From Propionibacterium sp. (lineage in GTDB: Bacteria; Actinomycetota; Actinomycetes; Propionibacteriales; Propionibacteriaceae), in contig DURG01000401.1 in the NCBI GenBank assembly GCA_012837465.1, forward strand, positions 1-33,831: 33,831 nucleotides of DNA, in the 5' to 3' direction. Shown here one piece after another: positions 1 to 9,500 of the stretch. How positions within the stretch are numbered: the stretch's first letter is position 1; the number at the start of each line of letters is the position of its first letter. The translations under genes and the position numbers were made by a program. A model generated the notes under the pieces. The model was given only the letters and a program-made list of their open reading frames with translations. It had not been told where the DNA came from and searched no databases.

Positions 1-1316
1 GAACGCTGGCTGCCGCCACGACGCTCGCCGGAATCCCGACGGCTCCGCTCGGCGCGCTCGCGCGCGGCCGGGGCGCCGGGCGCGCGACCCTTCGTGCCCT
101 CGGGGATGTCGAGGTCCGTGTAGAAGTGCGGCGACGACGAGTAGGTCTCCGGGGGATCGGGGAGTTCCAGGTTGAGCTGCTTGTCGATGAGCTTCCAGCG
201 GTGCAGGTCCGACCAGTCGACCAGGGTCACCGCCACGCCGGTGTTGCCGGCCCGGCCGGTGCGGCCGATGCGGTGGACGTAGGTGGCATCAGTGTCGGGG
301 CACTCGTAGTTGATGACGTGGCTGACGTCTGCGATGTCGATGCCCCGCGCCGCGACGTCGGTGGCCACCAAGGCCCTGACGGTGCCGGCGCGGAACTTCT
401 TCAGCGCGCGTTCGCGGGCCTGCTGGTTCAGGTCACCATGGATGGAGGCGGCCGCGAAGCCGCGGTCCACCAGTTCATCGGTGAGGCGCTGGGCGGCGCG
501 CTTGGTGCGACAGAAGACCATCACCTTGCCGGTCTGGCGGCCCTGCAGGATGCGGGCGATCATCTCGGGCTTGTCGAGGTCGTGCGCCTGGTAGACGAAC
601 TGCTCGATGTCCGGCACCGTCATCTGGGCGTCGTGGCCCTCGGCGCGGATGTTGATGGGCTTGTTCAAGGTGGCGCGCGCCAGCGTCAGGATGGGCGCGG
701 GCATCGTGGCCGAGAACAGGAGAGTCTGTCGGTTGCGCGGGGTCTTGCGCAGCAGGCGCTCGATGTCGGGCAGGAAGCCCAGGTCGAGCATCTCGTCGGC
801 CTCGTCGAGGACGAGCACCTGGATGAGGCCCAGGTCCAACGCCCCGCGGTCCGCGAGGTCGAGGAGGCGGCCGGGGGTGCCGACCACGATGTCGACGCCC
901 GTGTCGAGGGTGCCGAGCTGGTCGTCGTAGCCGGTGCCGCCGTAGATGGTCAGCACTCGCATCTTGAGGTGCTTGCCGGCCATGTCCATGTCGCGGCCCA
1001 CCTGGAGCGCGAGCTCACGGGTGGGGCACACGACGAGGGCGCGCGGCTTGCCGTGGGTGGGCTTCTCGCCGTCGGACAGCGTCACCATGCGGTGCAGCAG
1101 GCTGACGCCGAAGGCCAGCGTCTTGCCGGTGCCGGTGCGGGCCTGGCCGATGACGTCGCTGCCCTGGAGGGCCAGCGGAATGGCGAGGGTCTGGATGGCG
1201 AAGGGGTGCACGATGCCGTGCTCAGCCAACGCGGAGGTGATTGATTCGTGGATGCCGAGGTCAGCGAACGTGTCGCTGCCTGCAATGTCGTTGTCGCTCA
1301 GGGTTCTGACCTTCAT
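1..1316 (-). CDS. DEAD-box ATP-dependent RNA helicase (RhlE/DeaD-like), 3' end beyond left edge of window
   Basis: Absent from the ORF track because it has no stop in the window. Manual minus-strand translation from ATG 1316 gives TFADLGI...HPFAIQ (Q motif), GQARTGTGKT (Walker A), VLVLDEADEMLDLG (DEAD), FSATM and HRIGRTGRAG (motif VI). Start may instead be CTG at 1301. Confidence 0.95.
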   Translation of the reverse strand, partial: MKVRTLSDNDIAGSDTFADLGIHESITSALAEHGIVHPFAIQTLAIPLALQGSDVIGQARTGTGKTLAFGVSLLHRMVTLSDGEKPTHGKPRALVVCPTRELALQVGRDMDMAGKHLKMRVLTIYGGTGYDDQLGTLDTGVDIVVGTPGRLLDLADRGALDLGLIQVLVLDEADEMLDLGFLPDIERLLRKTPRNRQTLLFSATMPAPILTLARATLNKPINIRAEGHDAQMTVPDIEQFVYQAHDLDKPEMIARILQGRQTGKVMVFCRTKRAAQRLTDELVDRGFAAASIHGDLNQQARERALKKFRAGTVRALVATDVAARGIDIADVSHVINYECPDTDATYVHRIGRTGRAGNTGVAVTLVDWSDLHRWKLIDKQLNLELPDPPETYSSSPHFYTDLDIPEGTKGRAPGAPAARERAERSRRDSGERRGGSQR

Positions 1317-1378
1317 GCAATGAACTCACGGCGCGATTGGCGCAACCGGAGGCGGGCAGAGTGCGCCCGCGAAGGCCC

Positions 1379-1384
1379 ACTCTA
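1379..1384 (-). promoter_or_regulatory. Candidate -10 element TAGAGT for the DEAD-box helicase
   Basis: TANNNT match about 62 nt upstream of ATG 1316, followed by a 6-bp GC hairpin (1352-1370). Confidence 0.55.
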
Positions 1385-1399
1385 CCGCAGGGTGGCGGT

Positions 1400-1624
1400 T
1401 CAGACCGCGCCGAAGCCGACGGCTCGGGTGCTGGTGCTGCCGATGTCCACGTAACCGACGCGGCCGGCAGGGATGATGACGCGGCGGCCCTTCTCGTCGG
1501 AGAGTTCGAAGAGGCCGGAACCCTCGACGGCCTGGCGCAGGGCGTCGACGACCTCATCGGGGCTGGACTGGGTGTCGATGGTGACTTCGCGTGCGACGTC
1601 GGTGATGCCGATCTTTACTTCCAT
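1400..1624 (-). CDS. DUF3107 family protein
   Basis: MEVKIGITDVAREVTI...LSDEKGRRVIIP...YVDIG...RAVGFG matches the conserved actinobacterial DUF3107 pattern. Usual neighbour of this helicase. TAGAGT lies 7 nt upstream of the ATG. Confidence 0.9.
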   Translation of the reverse strand: MEVKIGITDVAREVTIDTQSSPDEVVDALRQAVEGSGLFELSDEKGRRVIIPAGRVGYVDIGSTSTRAVGFGAV

Positions 1625-1631
1625 GGGCCCA

Positions 1632-1637
1632 ACTCTA
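1632..1637 (-). promoter_or_regulatory. -10 element TAGAGT, leaderless promoter of DUF3107
   Basis: TAGAGT-TGGGCCC-ATG, with no Shine-Dalgarno sequence. Confidence 0.65.
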
Positions 1638-1660
1638 GCCACGCGGCCAAGGCCGGTGCG

Positions 1661-2467
1661 TCACTGTTCGATGCGCGCCACGACGACGGTGATGTTGTCC
1701 TTGCCGCCCCGGTCGTTGGCCCACCCGACGAGCGACTCAGCCAGTGCGGCAGGATCCGGATTTCGGCGCAGCTGGTCCTGGAACACGTCCGACATGGCTT
1801 CCGGGCCGCTGGCGTAGTTCCACAGGCCGTCGCTGCACAGGAGCAGCCAGCCGTTGCCCTCGGGTTGGAGGGTGACCACCGACGGCGTGACGTTGGTGGC
1901 CTGGCGGCCCAGCCACTTGGTGATGGCGTGGGCCTGGCTGGACTGTTCAGCCTCGTCCCTGGGCATGCCGAGCATCATGCGGGCCTGGGCCATGGAGTCA
2001 TCGGTGGAGAGAAGGACGCAGGAACGGTCGTCGCCCAGCCAGTAGGCGCGCGAGTCGCCCACGTTGCCGATCGTGATCAGCCCGGGCTGGACGAGGGCGG
2101 TGATCAGCGTGCAGGCCGAGGGCTCCTCGGCCGCGGCGAGCACCTCGTCGTTGGCGCTGGCGAAGGCCTGCACGAAGGCGACGTTCGTGGCCACGCCGGC
2201 CTCGACCTGCTCGACGAGTTGCTGGACGGCCACCTCCGCGGCGACCAGCGAGGCCAGTTCGGAGCCCTCCGCGGTGGTCACCCCGTCGGCGACGGCGAGG
2301 ACTGCCTCCCGCTGGGGTTCACCACGCACGGCGAGGCACAGCGCGTCCTGGTTCGTCTGGTGGCGCTGGCCCGTGTCGCTGCACGCGGCAACCCACGGCG
2401 CCGGCACGCGCACGTAGTGGGCGCGCTCGGAGCTGGGGCTGTGGGACTCCTGGGTCATGGGCTCCAT
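1661..2467 (-). CDS. PP2C/PPM family protein serine/threonine phosphatase
   Basis: Motifs RxxNQD, VADG, GNVGDSRAY, LCSDGL and GGKDNIT. Confidence 0.92.
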   Translation of the reverse strand: MEPMTQESHSPSSERAHYVRVPAPWVAACSDTGQRHQTNQDALCLAVRGEPQREAVLAVADGVTTAEGSELASLVAAEVAVQQLVEQVEAGVATNVAFVQAFASANDEVLAAAEEPSACTLITALVQPGLITIGNVGDSRAYWLGDDRSCVLLSTDDSMAQARMMLGMPRDEAEQSSQAHAITKWLGRQATNVTPSVVTLQPEGNGWLLLCSDGLWNYASGPEAMSDVFQDQLRRNPDPAALAESLVGWANDRGGKDNITVVVARIEQ

Positions 2468-2471
2468 CCTG

Positions 2472-3407
2472 TCAGGTCAACGGGTCCGGAAGTTGCGGGC
2501 TCCCCTCAGTGGGCAGCGTAGCGGCCCAGAGATCCCCGTGCTCCTGCACCCGCTCGAGCATGGCGCTCGGATGCGTCCGGACGGGGGACGTCAACGCTGC
2601 CACCTCGTCCCAGGTCAGAGGCGTGGCCACCGACGGCTGCTCGAGGCCGCGCACCGAATAGGCGTGCACGGTGTTGCGCGCCGCGAGGTTCTGCGCGAAG
2701 TCGACGAAGATCAGGCCCGCCCGGGCATCCTTGGCCATGGTCGCGACGAAGAGCTTGGGATGGGCGCGCGCGAGGTGTTTCGCGAGTGACACCGCGAAGT
2801 CGTAGGCCTTCGACGCAGGGGCGGGCGCGATCGGCACCGTCAACTGGAGGCCCTTGTTGCCGGAACTCTTGCAGTGGGCCTCGAGGCCGAGTTCGGCCAG
2901 GGTCGTCGCCGCGATGATCGCGCCCTTCGCCGAGTCCTCCGTCGTGATCCCGGGGCCGGGATCCAGGTCGACCACGAGCGACGTGGCGCGGGGCTCCTCG
3001 TCGCCCTCGAGGATGATCCCATCAGGGCCGACGGTGGCCTCGGAGGCCCGCCACTGCGGCGTGTGGAGTTCGATGGCGGCGAGGTTGGCGAGCCAGGCGA
3101 GATCCGCCCGCTGCGTGGCGGTGACGTAGCTGACCGTGCCGGCGCTGGTGGCCACGTCGACGGTCTGGACGAACTCCGGCGTGCCGTTGGGCGCGTTCTT
3201 CTCGTAGAAGGATTCCTCGCCAGTGCCGTCCGGGTAGCGGACCCGGGTGATGGGGCGATCTTTCAGGTGGGGGAGCAGGACGTCGGAGATCTCGACGTAA
3301 TAGGAGATCAGCTCACCCTTCGTGAAGCCGCTGGGAAACAACTGCTTGTCGAGGTTGCTCAGGCCCAGCGTGAGGCCGTCGATCTCCGTGGTGATGCGCT
3401 CGCTCAT
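2472..3407 (-). CDS. Stand-alone LigD polymerase domain (archaeo-eukaryotic primase-polymerase, PolDom-like)
   Basis: LSNLDK, TKGELISYY, RYPDG...FYEKN, NLAAIELH, catalytic DLDPG, KSSGNKGL, FVDFAQN, YSVR and VATPLTWDE. GGAGG RBS. No ligase or phosphoesterase domain. Confidence 0.9.
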   Translation of the reverse strand: MSERITTEIDGLTLGLSNLDKQLFPSGFTKGELISYYVEISDVLLPHLKDRPITRVRYPDGTGEESFYEKNAPNGTPEFVQTVDVATSAGTVSYVTATQRADLAWLANLAAIELHTPQWRASEATVGPDGIILEGDEEPRATSLVVDLDPGPGITTEDSAKGAIIAATTLAELGLEAHCKSSGNKGLQLTVPIAPAPASKAYDFAVSLAKHLARAHPKLFVATMAKDARAGLIFVDFAQNLAARNTVHAYSVRGLEQPSVATPLTWDEVAALTSPVRTHPSAMLERVQEHGDLWAATLPTEGSPQLPDPLT

Positions 3408-3449
3408 CCGAACCTCCTGCGCCCCAGCATTGCAGAGCGCGGATGAAAA

Positions 3450-3471
3450 TGTCGCTGGCAGGTGGTTGCAT
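3450..3471 (+). promoter_or_regulatory. Degenerate PafBC/RecA-NDp-type DNA-damage promoter upstream of adnA
   Basis: TGTCGC-N10-TTGCAT, then 7 nt to ATG 3479. Consensus is TGTCGG-N10-TANNNT, so there are two mismatches. Confidence 0.5.
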
Positions 3472-3478
3472 GGTGCCC

Positions 3479-6400
3479 ATGAGTTTCCGTGTGGTGCCGC
3501 CCCGCCGCGTCGTGCTCCCGACGCCCAGTGCGGAGCAGGCCACCCTCGCAGCCCCGCACGCGGGCGTCTCGGTCGTCTACGGCGGGCCTGGCTCCGGCAA
3601 GACGACGCTCATCGCCGAGGCCGCCGTCGCGCGGGTGGCGGCCGGTAGTTCGCTGGAGCGCCTCGTCGTGCTCGCGCACTCCCGCTCGGCCGCACAGACC
3701 CTCCGGCGCGACATCACCCGACGGCTGGAAAGGGCGCAGACGGAGGCCAACGTCACCACCATCCACGGCCTCGCCCTGGGCCTCCTGCGCCGCTACTGGC
3801 CGCACGAGGACAGCCCCTGGCGGCTGCTGCGCGCACCGGAGCAGGAGGTGCGCATCCGCGAACTGCTCGAGGGGATGGGCCCGGAGGCCTGGCCGGAGGA
3901 GTACCGCGCCGCGGCAGGCACCCGGGCCTTCGCCCGCCAACTCCGCGAGGTGCTGGCCCGGGCTCGGCAACTGTCGCTGGATCCGGAGTCGATCTCGACG
4001 ATGGCGACGGCCTCGGGGGATGACCTGTTCCTCTCCGCCGCGGGCTTCATCGAGGAGTACCTCACCGTGGCGGATTTCGCCGGGACGCTGGACTACGCGG
4101 AACTCGTCTACCGCACCCGCCTCCTACTCACGGAGCAGGCGGTGGCCAACGGTGTGCTCGCCAGCTTCGACGCGGTCCTCGTGGATGACACCCATGAATC
4201 AGACCACGCCCAGACGGGCCTGGTGGGGGACCTGGCCCGCCTGGGCGTCCCCGTGCTCGCAGTGGGGGACCCCCACTCCCGCATCGGCGGCTACCGTGGT
4301 GCGAGCCCCACTGCCATGGCGGACCTTGCGGCACTGCCTGGGGCCAGCGTGGCCCACCTCGGCTCTGGCTTCCGCAACCGAAGCGCGGTGCAGGAGGCCA
4401 TGGACACACTGCGTGCCCGCCTCGACCAACGGCACGCCTCGGGGCCCATGGCGGCCATCCACGACGGTGGCGTCGTGACGGCGTCGGTCTACGACGACGA
4501 ATCGGCCGAACTCGCCCACGTGGCCGCGCAACTGCGAGACGCGGTCACCCACGACGGGCTCGCATGGTCAGACCTGGTGGTCGTGACGCGAGCCGGTCGG
4601 GCGCAGCTCAGCGCGGTGGCCAAGGAACTGGTCCGGCTGGGAGTCCCCGTGGACGTCTCCGGCGATGAGATCGCCCTCGCGGAACAACAGGCGGTCTCCG
4701 TGCTCCTCCTGGCCCTCCAGGTCTGTGCCCGGGGTGGTGCGCCCGAGGCGGACGAGGCACGCCTGCTGCTCTCCTCCCCGTTGTGCGGGCTCGACGGGGT
4801 GGGCCAACGCCGCCTCGGCCGCGCACTGCTGGCACGCCATCGGGCGGAGGGCACCTCCGCCGCGTTGCTGGGCCGTTGCCTGGGGGAGCCGGAACTGCTG
4901 GAGGGCAGCACGGCGCAGGAGGCGGAGCAGGCGCGTGCCCTTGCGAAGCTCCTGGCCGACGGCGCTGCGCTGGTGCAGGCCAATGCGGAGGTGCAGGAGA
5001 TCCTCTGGCACCTCTGGGACGCCACCGGATGGCCCATGCAGTTGCGCGAGCAGGCGCTGCGGGGCTCCCGGCGCGCCAACGCCGACCTCGACGCCATCGT
5101 CGAGCTCTTCGAGCAGGCGTCCCGCGCGGATGACCTGCGAGGTGGCGCGGGCACCACCACCTTCGTCGCGGAACTCGCCGGCCAGGAGATCCCGGCGGAC
5201 ACGGGCCGAGAACTGGACATCAGCGGACGAGGGGTCCGCGTCGTGACGGCGCACCGCACGCGCGGCCTCGAATGGGAACGGGTCTGGGTGATCGGGGTGC
5301 AGGAGGGCCTGTGGCCGCGGCTGACCAGGGCCGGTCTCCTCGTGGATGCCGACAGGCTGGGCCCGGATGGGTTGGCCGAGCCGGGGCAGGGTTCACACCT
5401 CGTCTCCGAGCGCCAACTGTTCCACGTCGCCTGCAGCCGCGCGCGCTCCGCCCTGCACGTCTCGGCCGTGCAGGGCGTTGACGGTGAGGGTGGGCGCCCG
5501 TCGCGCTTCCTCTCGGAGCTTGGCATCTCCGTGGAACGGGTCACCGGCCGCCCCGGCCGGCTCCTGTCGGCGTCTGCCCTGGTGGGGGAGTTGCGCAACG
5601 TCAGCACGGACGAGGCCGCCGCCCCCGGCTTGCGCCGGGCGGCGGCCCTGCGTCTGGCCACGATGGTCGGCGTGCAGACGTCGGACGGGGCCGCCGCGTT
5701 CCCGGGCGCCTCACCCCACACGTGGTGGGGCATGCGCGAGTTGAGCAGCGGCGCGAGGGAGCAGAAGGGGCCCATCCACCTCAACGGCTCGTCGCTGGAG
5801 TTGCTACTCACCTGTCCACGCATGTGGTTCCTGTCGAGAAGGGCGCAGGCGGAGCGGGCCCGTCACTCCCGCGCGTCGGTGGGCGACGTGGTGCACCTGG
5901 TCGCCAAGCACGGCGCCACGGAGGGCCTCTCGGCCGAGGAGATGCACGCCCGCCTCGACGAGGTCTGGGAGCAGATCCCCTTCGAGACCGAATGGCTGTC
6001 GGCCACGGAGCGCTCCGAGATCTTCGCGGCGGTGGAGCGTTTCGCGCAGTACCAGGACACCAACCCCCACGCCTTGCTCGCCGTCGAACAGCCCTTCGAC
6101 GTCTCGCTGGAGGTGGATGGGCAGGAGGTGGTGCTGCGGGGCACCGTCGACAGGCTGGAGCGCACGGCGGACGGGCGGTTGCGGGTCGTGGACCTGAAGA
6201 CGGGCCGGAAGGTGCTGCGGGCGGCTGACGTCGCGGACAACGCACAGTTGGGCGTCTACCAACTGGCCGCCAGCCTCGGTGCGTTCAAGGGCGTGGCGGA
6301 TGGTGCCACCGCAGTGGCGCCGCCTGCGTTGATGTTCCTGCGGGCGGGGGAAGCGCTGCCCACGCTCGTCGAGCAGCCGTCCATCGATGACGCACCCGCC

Positions 6401-6577
6401 TTGGAGGGGGAGGAACTCCAGATCGGCCCCACCTGGGTCCATGACCGCATCGCCCAGGCCGTCGGCATCCTCCAGGAGGGCCGCTTCGAGGCGGTGGAAT
6501 GCAGCGCGTGCCGGTACTGCCAGTTCGCGGATTCCTGCCCAGCCCTCGCCATCCCCGGGAAGGGGCCGCGCAGATGA
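3479..6577 (+). CDS. adnA: AdnA-like helicase-nuclease subunit (UvrD-like motor plus RecB-type PD-(D/E)XK nuclease with Fe-S cysteines)
   Basis: Walker A GGPGSGKTT, degenerate Walker B VLVDDTHE, TAHRTRGLEW, nuclease GTVDRL..VVDLKTG..QLGVY, and cysteines TCPR plus CRYCQFADSCP. ATGA overlap with the next helicase. Start uncertain (3443/3470/3479). Confidence 0.9.
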   Translation: MSFRVVPPRRVVLPTPSAEQATLAAPHAGVSVVYGGPGSGKTTLIAEAAVARVAAGSSLERLVVLAHSRSAAQTLRRDITRRLERAQTEANVTTIHGLALGLLRRYWPHEDSPWRLLRAPEQEVRIRELLEGMGPEAWPEEYRAAAGTRAFARQLREVLARARQLSLDPESISTMATASGDDLFLSAAGFIEEYLTVADFAGTLDYAELVYRTRLLLTEQAVANGVLASFDAVLVDDTHESDHAQTGLVGDLARLGVPVLAVGDPHSRIGGYRGASPTAMADLAALPGASVAHLGSGFRNRSAVQEAMDTLRARLDQRHASGPMAAIHDGGVVTASVYDDESAELAHVAAQLRDAVTHDGLAWSDLVVVTRAGRAQLSAVAKELVRLGVPVDVSGDEIALAEQQAVSVLLLALQVCARGGAPEADEARLLLSSPLCGLDGVGQRRLGRALLARHRAEGTSAALLGRCLGEPELLEGSTAQEAEQARALAKLLADGAALVQANAEVQEILWHLWDATGWPMQLREQALRGSRRANADLDAIVELFEQASRADDLRGGAGTTTFVAELAGQEIPADTGRELDISGRGVRVVTAHRTRGLEWERVWVIGVQEGLWPRLTRAGLLVDADRLGPDGLAEPGQGSHLVSERQLFHVACSRARSALHVSAVQGVDGEGGRPSRFLSELGISVERVTGRPGRLLSASALVGELRNVSTDEAAAPGLRRAAALRLATMVGVQTSDGAAAFPGASPHTWWGMRELSSGAREQKGPIHLNGSSLELLLTCPRMWFLSRRAQAERARHSRASVGDVVHLVAKHGATEGLSAEEMHARLDEVWEQIPFETEWLSATERSEIFAAVERFAQYQDTNPHALLAVEQPFDVSLEVDGQEVVLRGTVDRLERTADGRLRVVDLKTGRKVLRAADVADNAQLGVYQLAASLGAFKGVADGATAVAPPALMFLRAGEALPTLVEQPSIDDAPALEGEELQIGPTWVHDRIAQAVGILQEGRFEAVECSACRYCQFADSCPALAIPGKGPRR

Positions 6578-9500
6578 CCCTCCATCCCATCCGCAAGCAG
6601 CTGTTCACCTCGCCCGATCAACTGTCCGATGCGCTGAAGATCCCGTTCTCTGACGAACAGATCGAGTGCATCACGGCGCCGCTGGAGCCGGCCGTGATCA
6701 TCGCCGGCGCGGGCAGCGGCAAGACCACGGTGATGGCGGCCCGCGTCGTCTGGCTGGTCGGCACCGGGCAGGTGAAGCCCGAGGAGGTGCTCGGGCTCAC
6801 GTTCACGCGCAAGGCAGCCGCCGAACTGGCCACCCGGGTCTCGGACGCGCTGGCCAATGCAGGCGTCCTCACCGGCCGCGACGGCGAGGGCGCCGAACTC
6901 GTCATGACCTACGATTCGTTCGCGGCCCGGCTCGTGAGCGAGTTCGGGCTCCGGATCGGCATCGACCGGGATCCGGTGATGATCACGGGCGCCAGCCGCT
7001 TCCGCCTCGCAACCCGGGTGGTTGCGGATGCGCCGGGGCCGTTCCACAGCATCAGCCGGCTCAGCCACCACTCCATCCCGGAGCGGGTGCTGACCCTGGA
7101 CGCGGAGATGGCGTCCCACCTCGTCACCTCGGACGAGGTGCTCGAACATGCCGGCTTCGCAGAGCGCCGCTTCCTGGAGGCCCCGCTCTATCGCGGCAAC
7201 GTGATGCGCGACGTGGCCCGCGCCCTCGACGCGACGGCGGAGCGGCGGGAGCTGGTCGGCCTCGTCAACCGGTACCAGGAGCTGAAGCGCAAGCTCGGCG
7301 TGGTCGAGTTCGCAGACCAGTTGCGCGAGGCCGTGCGCCTGGTCACCCACGTGCCCGAGGTGGGCCGCGAGCTTCGGAGGCGCTTCAAGGTGGTGCTCCT
7401 CGACGAGTACCAGGACACCTCGTCGGCGCAGGCCGAACTGTTGCGGACCCTTTTCACCGGCCCCGTGGATTCCGATGCGATGGGCTTCCCCGTCACCGCG
7501 GTGGGGGACCCCTACCAGGCCATCTACGGCTGGCGCGGGGCCGCGGCCGGAAACATTCTGGAGTTCCCGCACCAGTTCCGCCGCTCCGACGGCGCGCCTG
7601 CCGAGCGACAGACCCTGAGCATCAACCGGCGCAGCGGCCACCGCATCCTCGAGGTCGGCAACCGGCTGGCGGCCGGGCTGCACGCCGCCCCGGGGGAGGA
7701 GGGGGTCTCCCTCGTGGCGCCGGACGACGCGAAGCCAGGTGCGGTCGCTGCGGCGATGTTCGACACCTTCCGCGACGAGGTGGACTGGCTGGCCGAGGCC
7801 GTCATCACGCACCACGAGGCCGGCACCGCCTGGAAGGACCAAGCCGTGCTGGTGCGGCGCAACGCGGCGCTGGCTCCCATCTTCGAGGCGCTGCGCGAGC
7901 GCGACGTGCCCGTCGAGATCGTCGGGCTCGGCGGCCTCCTGGGCCTGCCGGAGGTCGCCCCCGTCGTCGCCACCCTGCGGGTGCTGGACGACGTGACCGC
8001 CAACCCGGAAGTCGCCGCGCTGCTGACGGGGCCCCGGTGGAACTTCGGGCTCGCGGACATGGAGGCGCTCGGGGCACGGGCCCGGCAACTGGCATCGGAG
8101 TCGCGGATCGAGCCACCCGATTCGGATGACCTCGTCCGCGCCGTCACCCAGGCAGACCCCGGAGAGGTCGTCTCGCTGCTCGACGCCGTCGCGGATCCGG
8201 GCGCCGCGGTGCTCAGCGCCGAGGCGCGTCGCAGGCTGGCGCGCTTCCACGCCGAGATCACGGCGCTGCGCCGCCATGTCGCTGAACCGGTCGCAGACCT
8301 GGTCACCCGCGTGATCGGTACGCTCGGGTTGGAGGCCGAACTCATCGCCACGGGGAAGGACACCAGCCAGGTGTCGCGTTTCGTGGCGGAGGTGGCCAGC
8401 TACGTGGACGTGGACGGCGACGGCAGTCTCACGGGCCTGATCGCCTACCTCGATGCGGAGTCTGAACACGGTGAGGGCCTGATGCAGGCGACTCCCAGCG
8501 AGGACGACTCGGTCAAGCTCATGACGGTCCACCGGGCGAAGGGCCTGGAGTGGCACACGGTGTTCCTGCCCAGCCTCGTGGACAAGGTGTTCCCCTCGGA
8601 GTCGCGCTCGGGGGTCTGGCCCCAGCGCGCCGATACGCTGCCTGCGCCCCTGCGCGGCGACGCCGGCTCCATCCCGCAACTGGGCGAGTACACGAAGAAG
8701 GGCATCGAGGCCTACCGGGCCGCCCTGCGTGACGACCACCGCCTGTCCGAGGACAGGCTGGCCTACGTGGCGGCCACGCGCGCCAAGGCACTGCTGCTGG
8801 CCTCGGCCCACACCTGGACGCCGGAGAACATCCGCCCTCGCGCCGAATCGCCGTACTTCGCGGTGATCCGTGAACTCTGCGAGGCGGCCGGCACCTACCT
8901 TGACGCCAGCACCCGGGGGATCGAATCCAACCCCATCCCGGCGGAGCCCGTGCGCGCCGCCTGGCCCGTCGAACTCGACGCCGCGGCGCTGGCGCAGCGC
9001 GCGGCTGCCGCAGACCTCATCGAGCAGGCCCGCGACGTCGTGGCGAACACCCCGGCCGAGCAGGAGCGGTGGGCGTGGCAGTCGGGCGTCGTCGCAGACG
9101 AAGACGCCGCACGCGTCGGGCAGTGGGACGAGAGCATCCAGCACCTCACCGAACTCGCCCAGCGCCGGGGTGGCCGAACCGTCGAACTGCCCGACGGGCT
9201 TTCCGCCACCGCGCTCATGGCGCTGCAGGCGGACCAGGATGCATTCGCCGCGGGGCTGCTCCGCAGGATGCCGAGACGGCCCTCCTCAGCTGCCCGGGTG
9301 GGATCGCGCTTCCACGAGTGGCTGCAGGAGCGGTTCCTGCTGCCCGCCGCGTTGGAGGAGTTGGAGCCCCAGGCGGCCCCGGCGTCGGAGGAACTCACGA
9401 AGCTCATCGACGCGTTCGAGCGGGGCCGGTTCGCCCAGCGCACCCCGCTGGGGGTCGAGGTCCCGTTTCTGATGCGACGCGGACCCCACGTGCTGCGAGG

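Noticed and set aside
126-1244. 372-aa plus-strand ORF
   Set aside because: Antisense shadow of the DEAD-box helicase, typical of high-GC DNA, with no recognisable motifs.
6256-9144. 962-aa minus-strand ORF (also 19219-21663, 16507-17970, 31034-33094 and similar)
   Set aside because: These lie antisense to well-supported genes. Long stop-free shadow frames are expected at this GC content.
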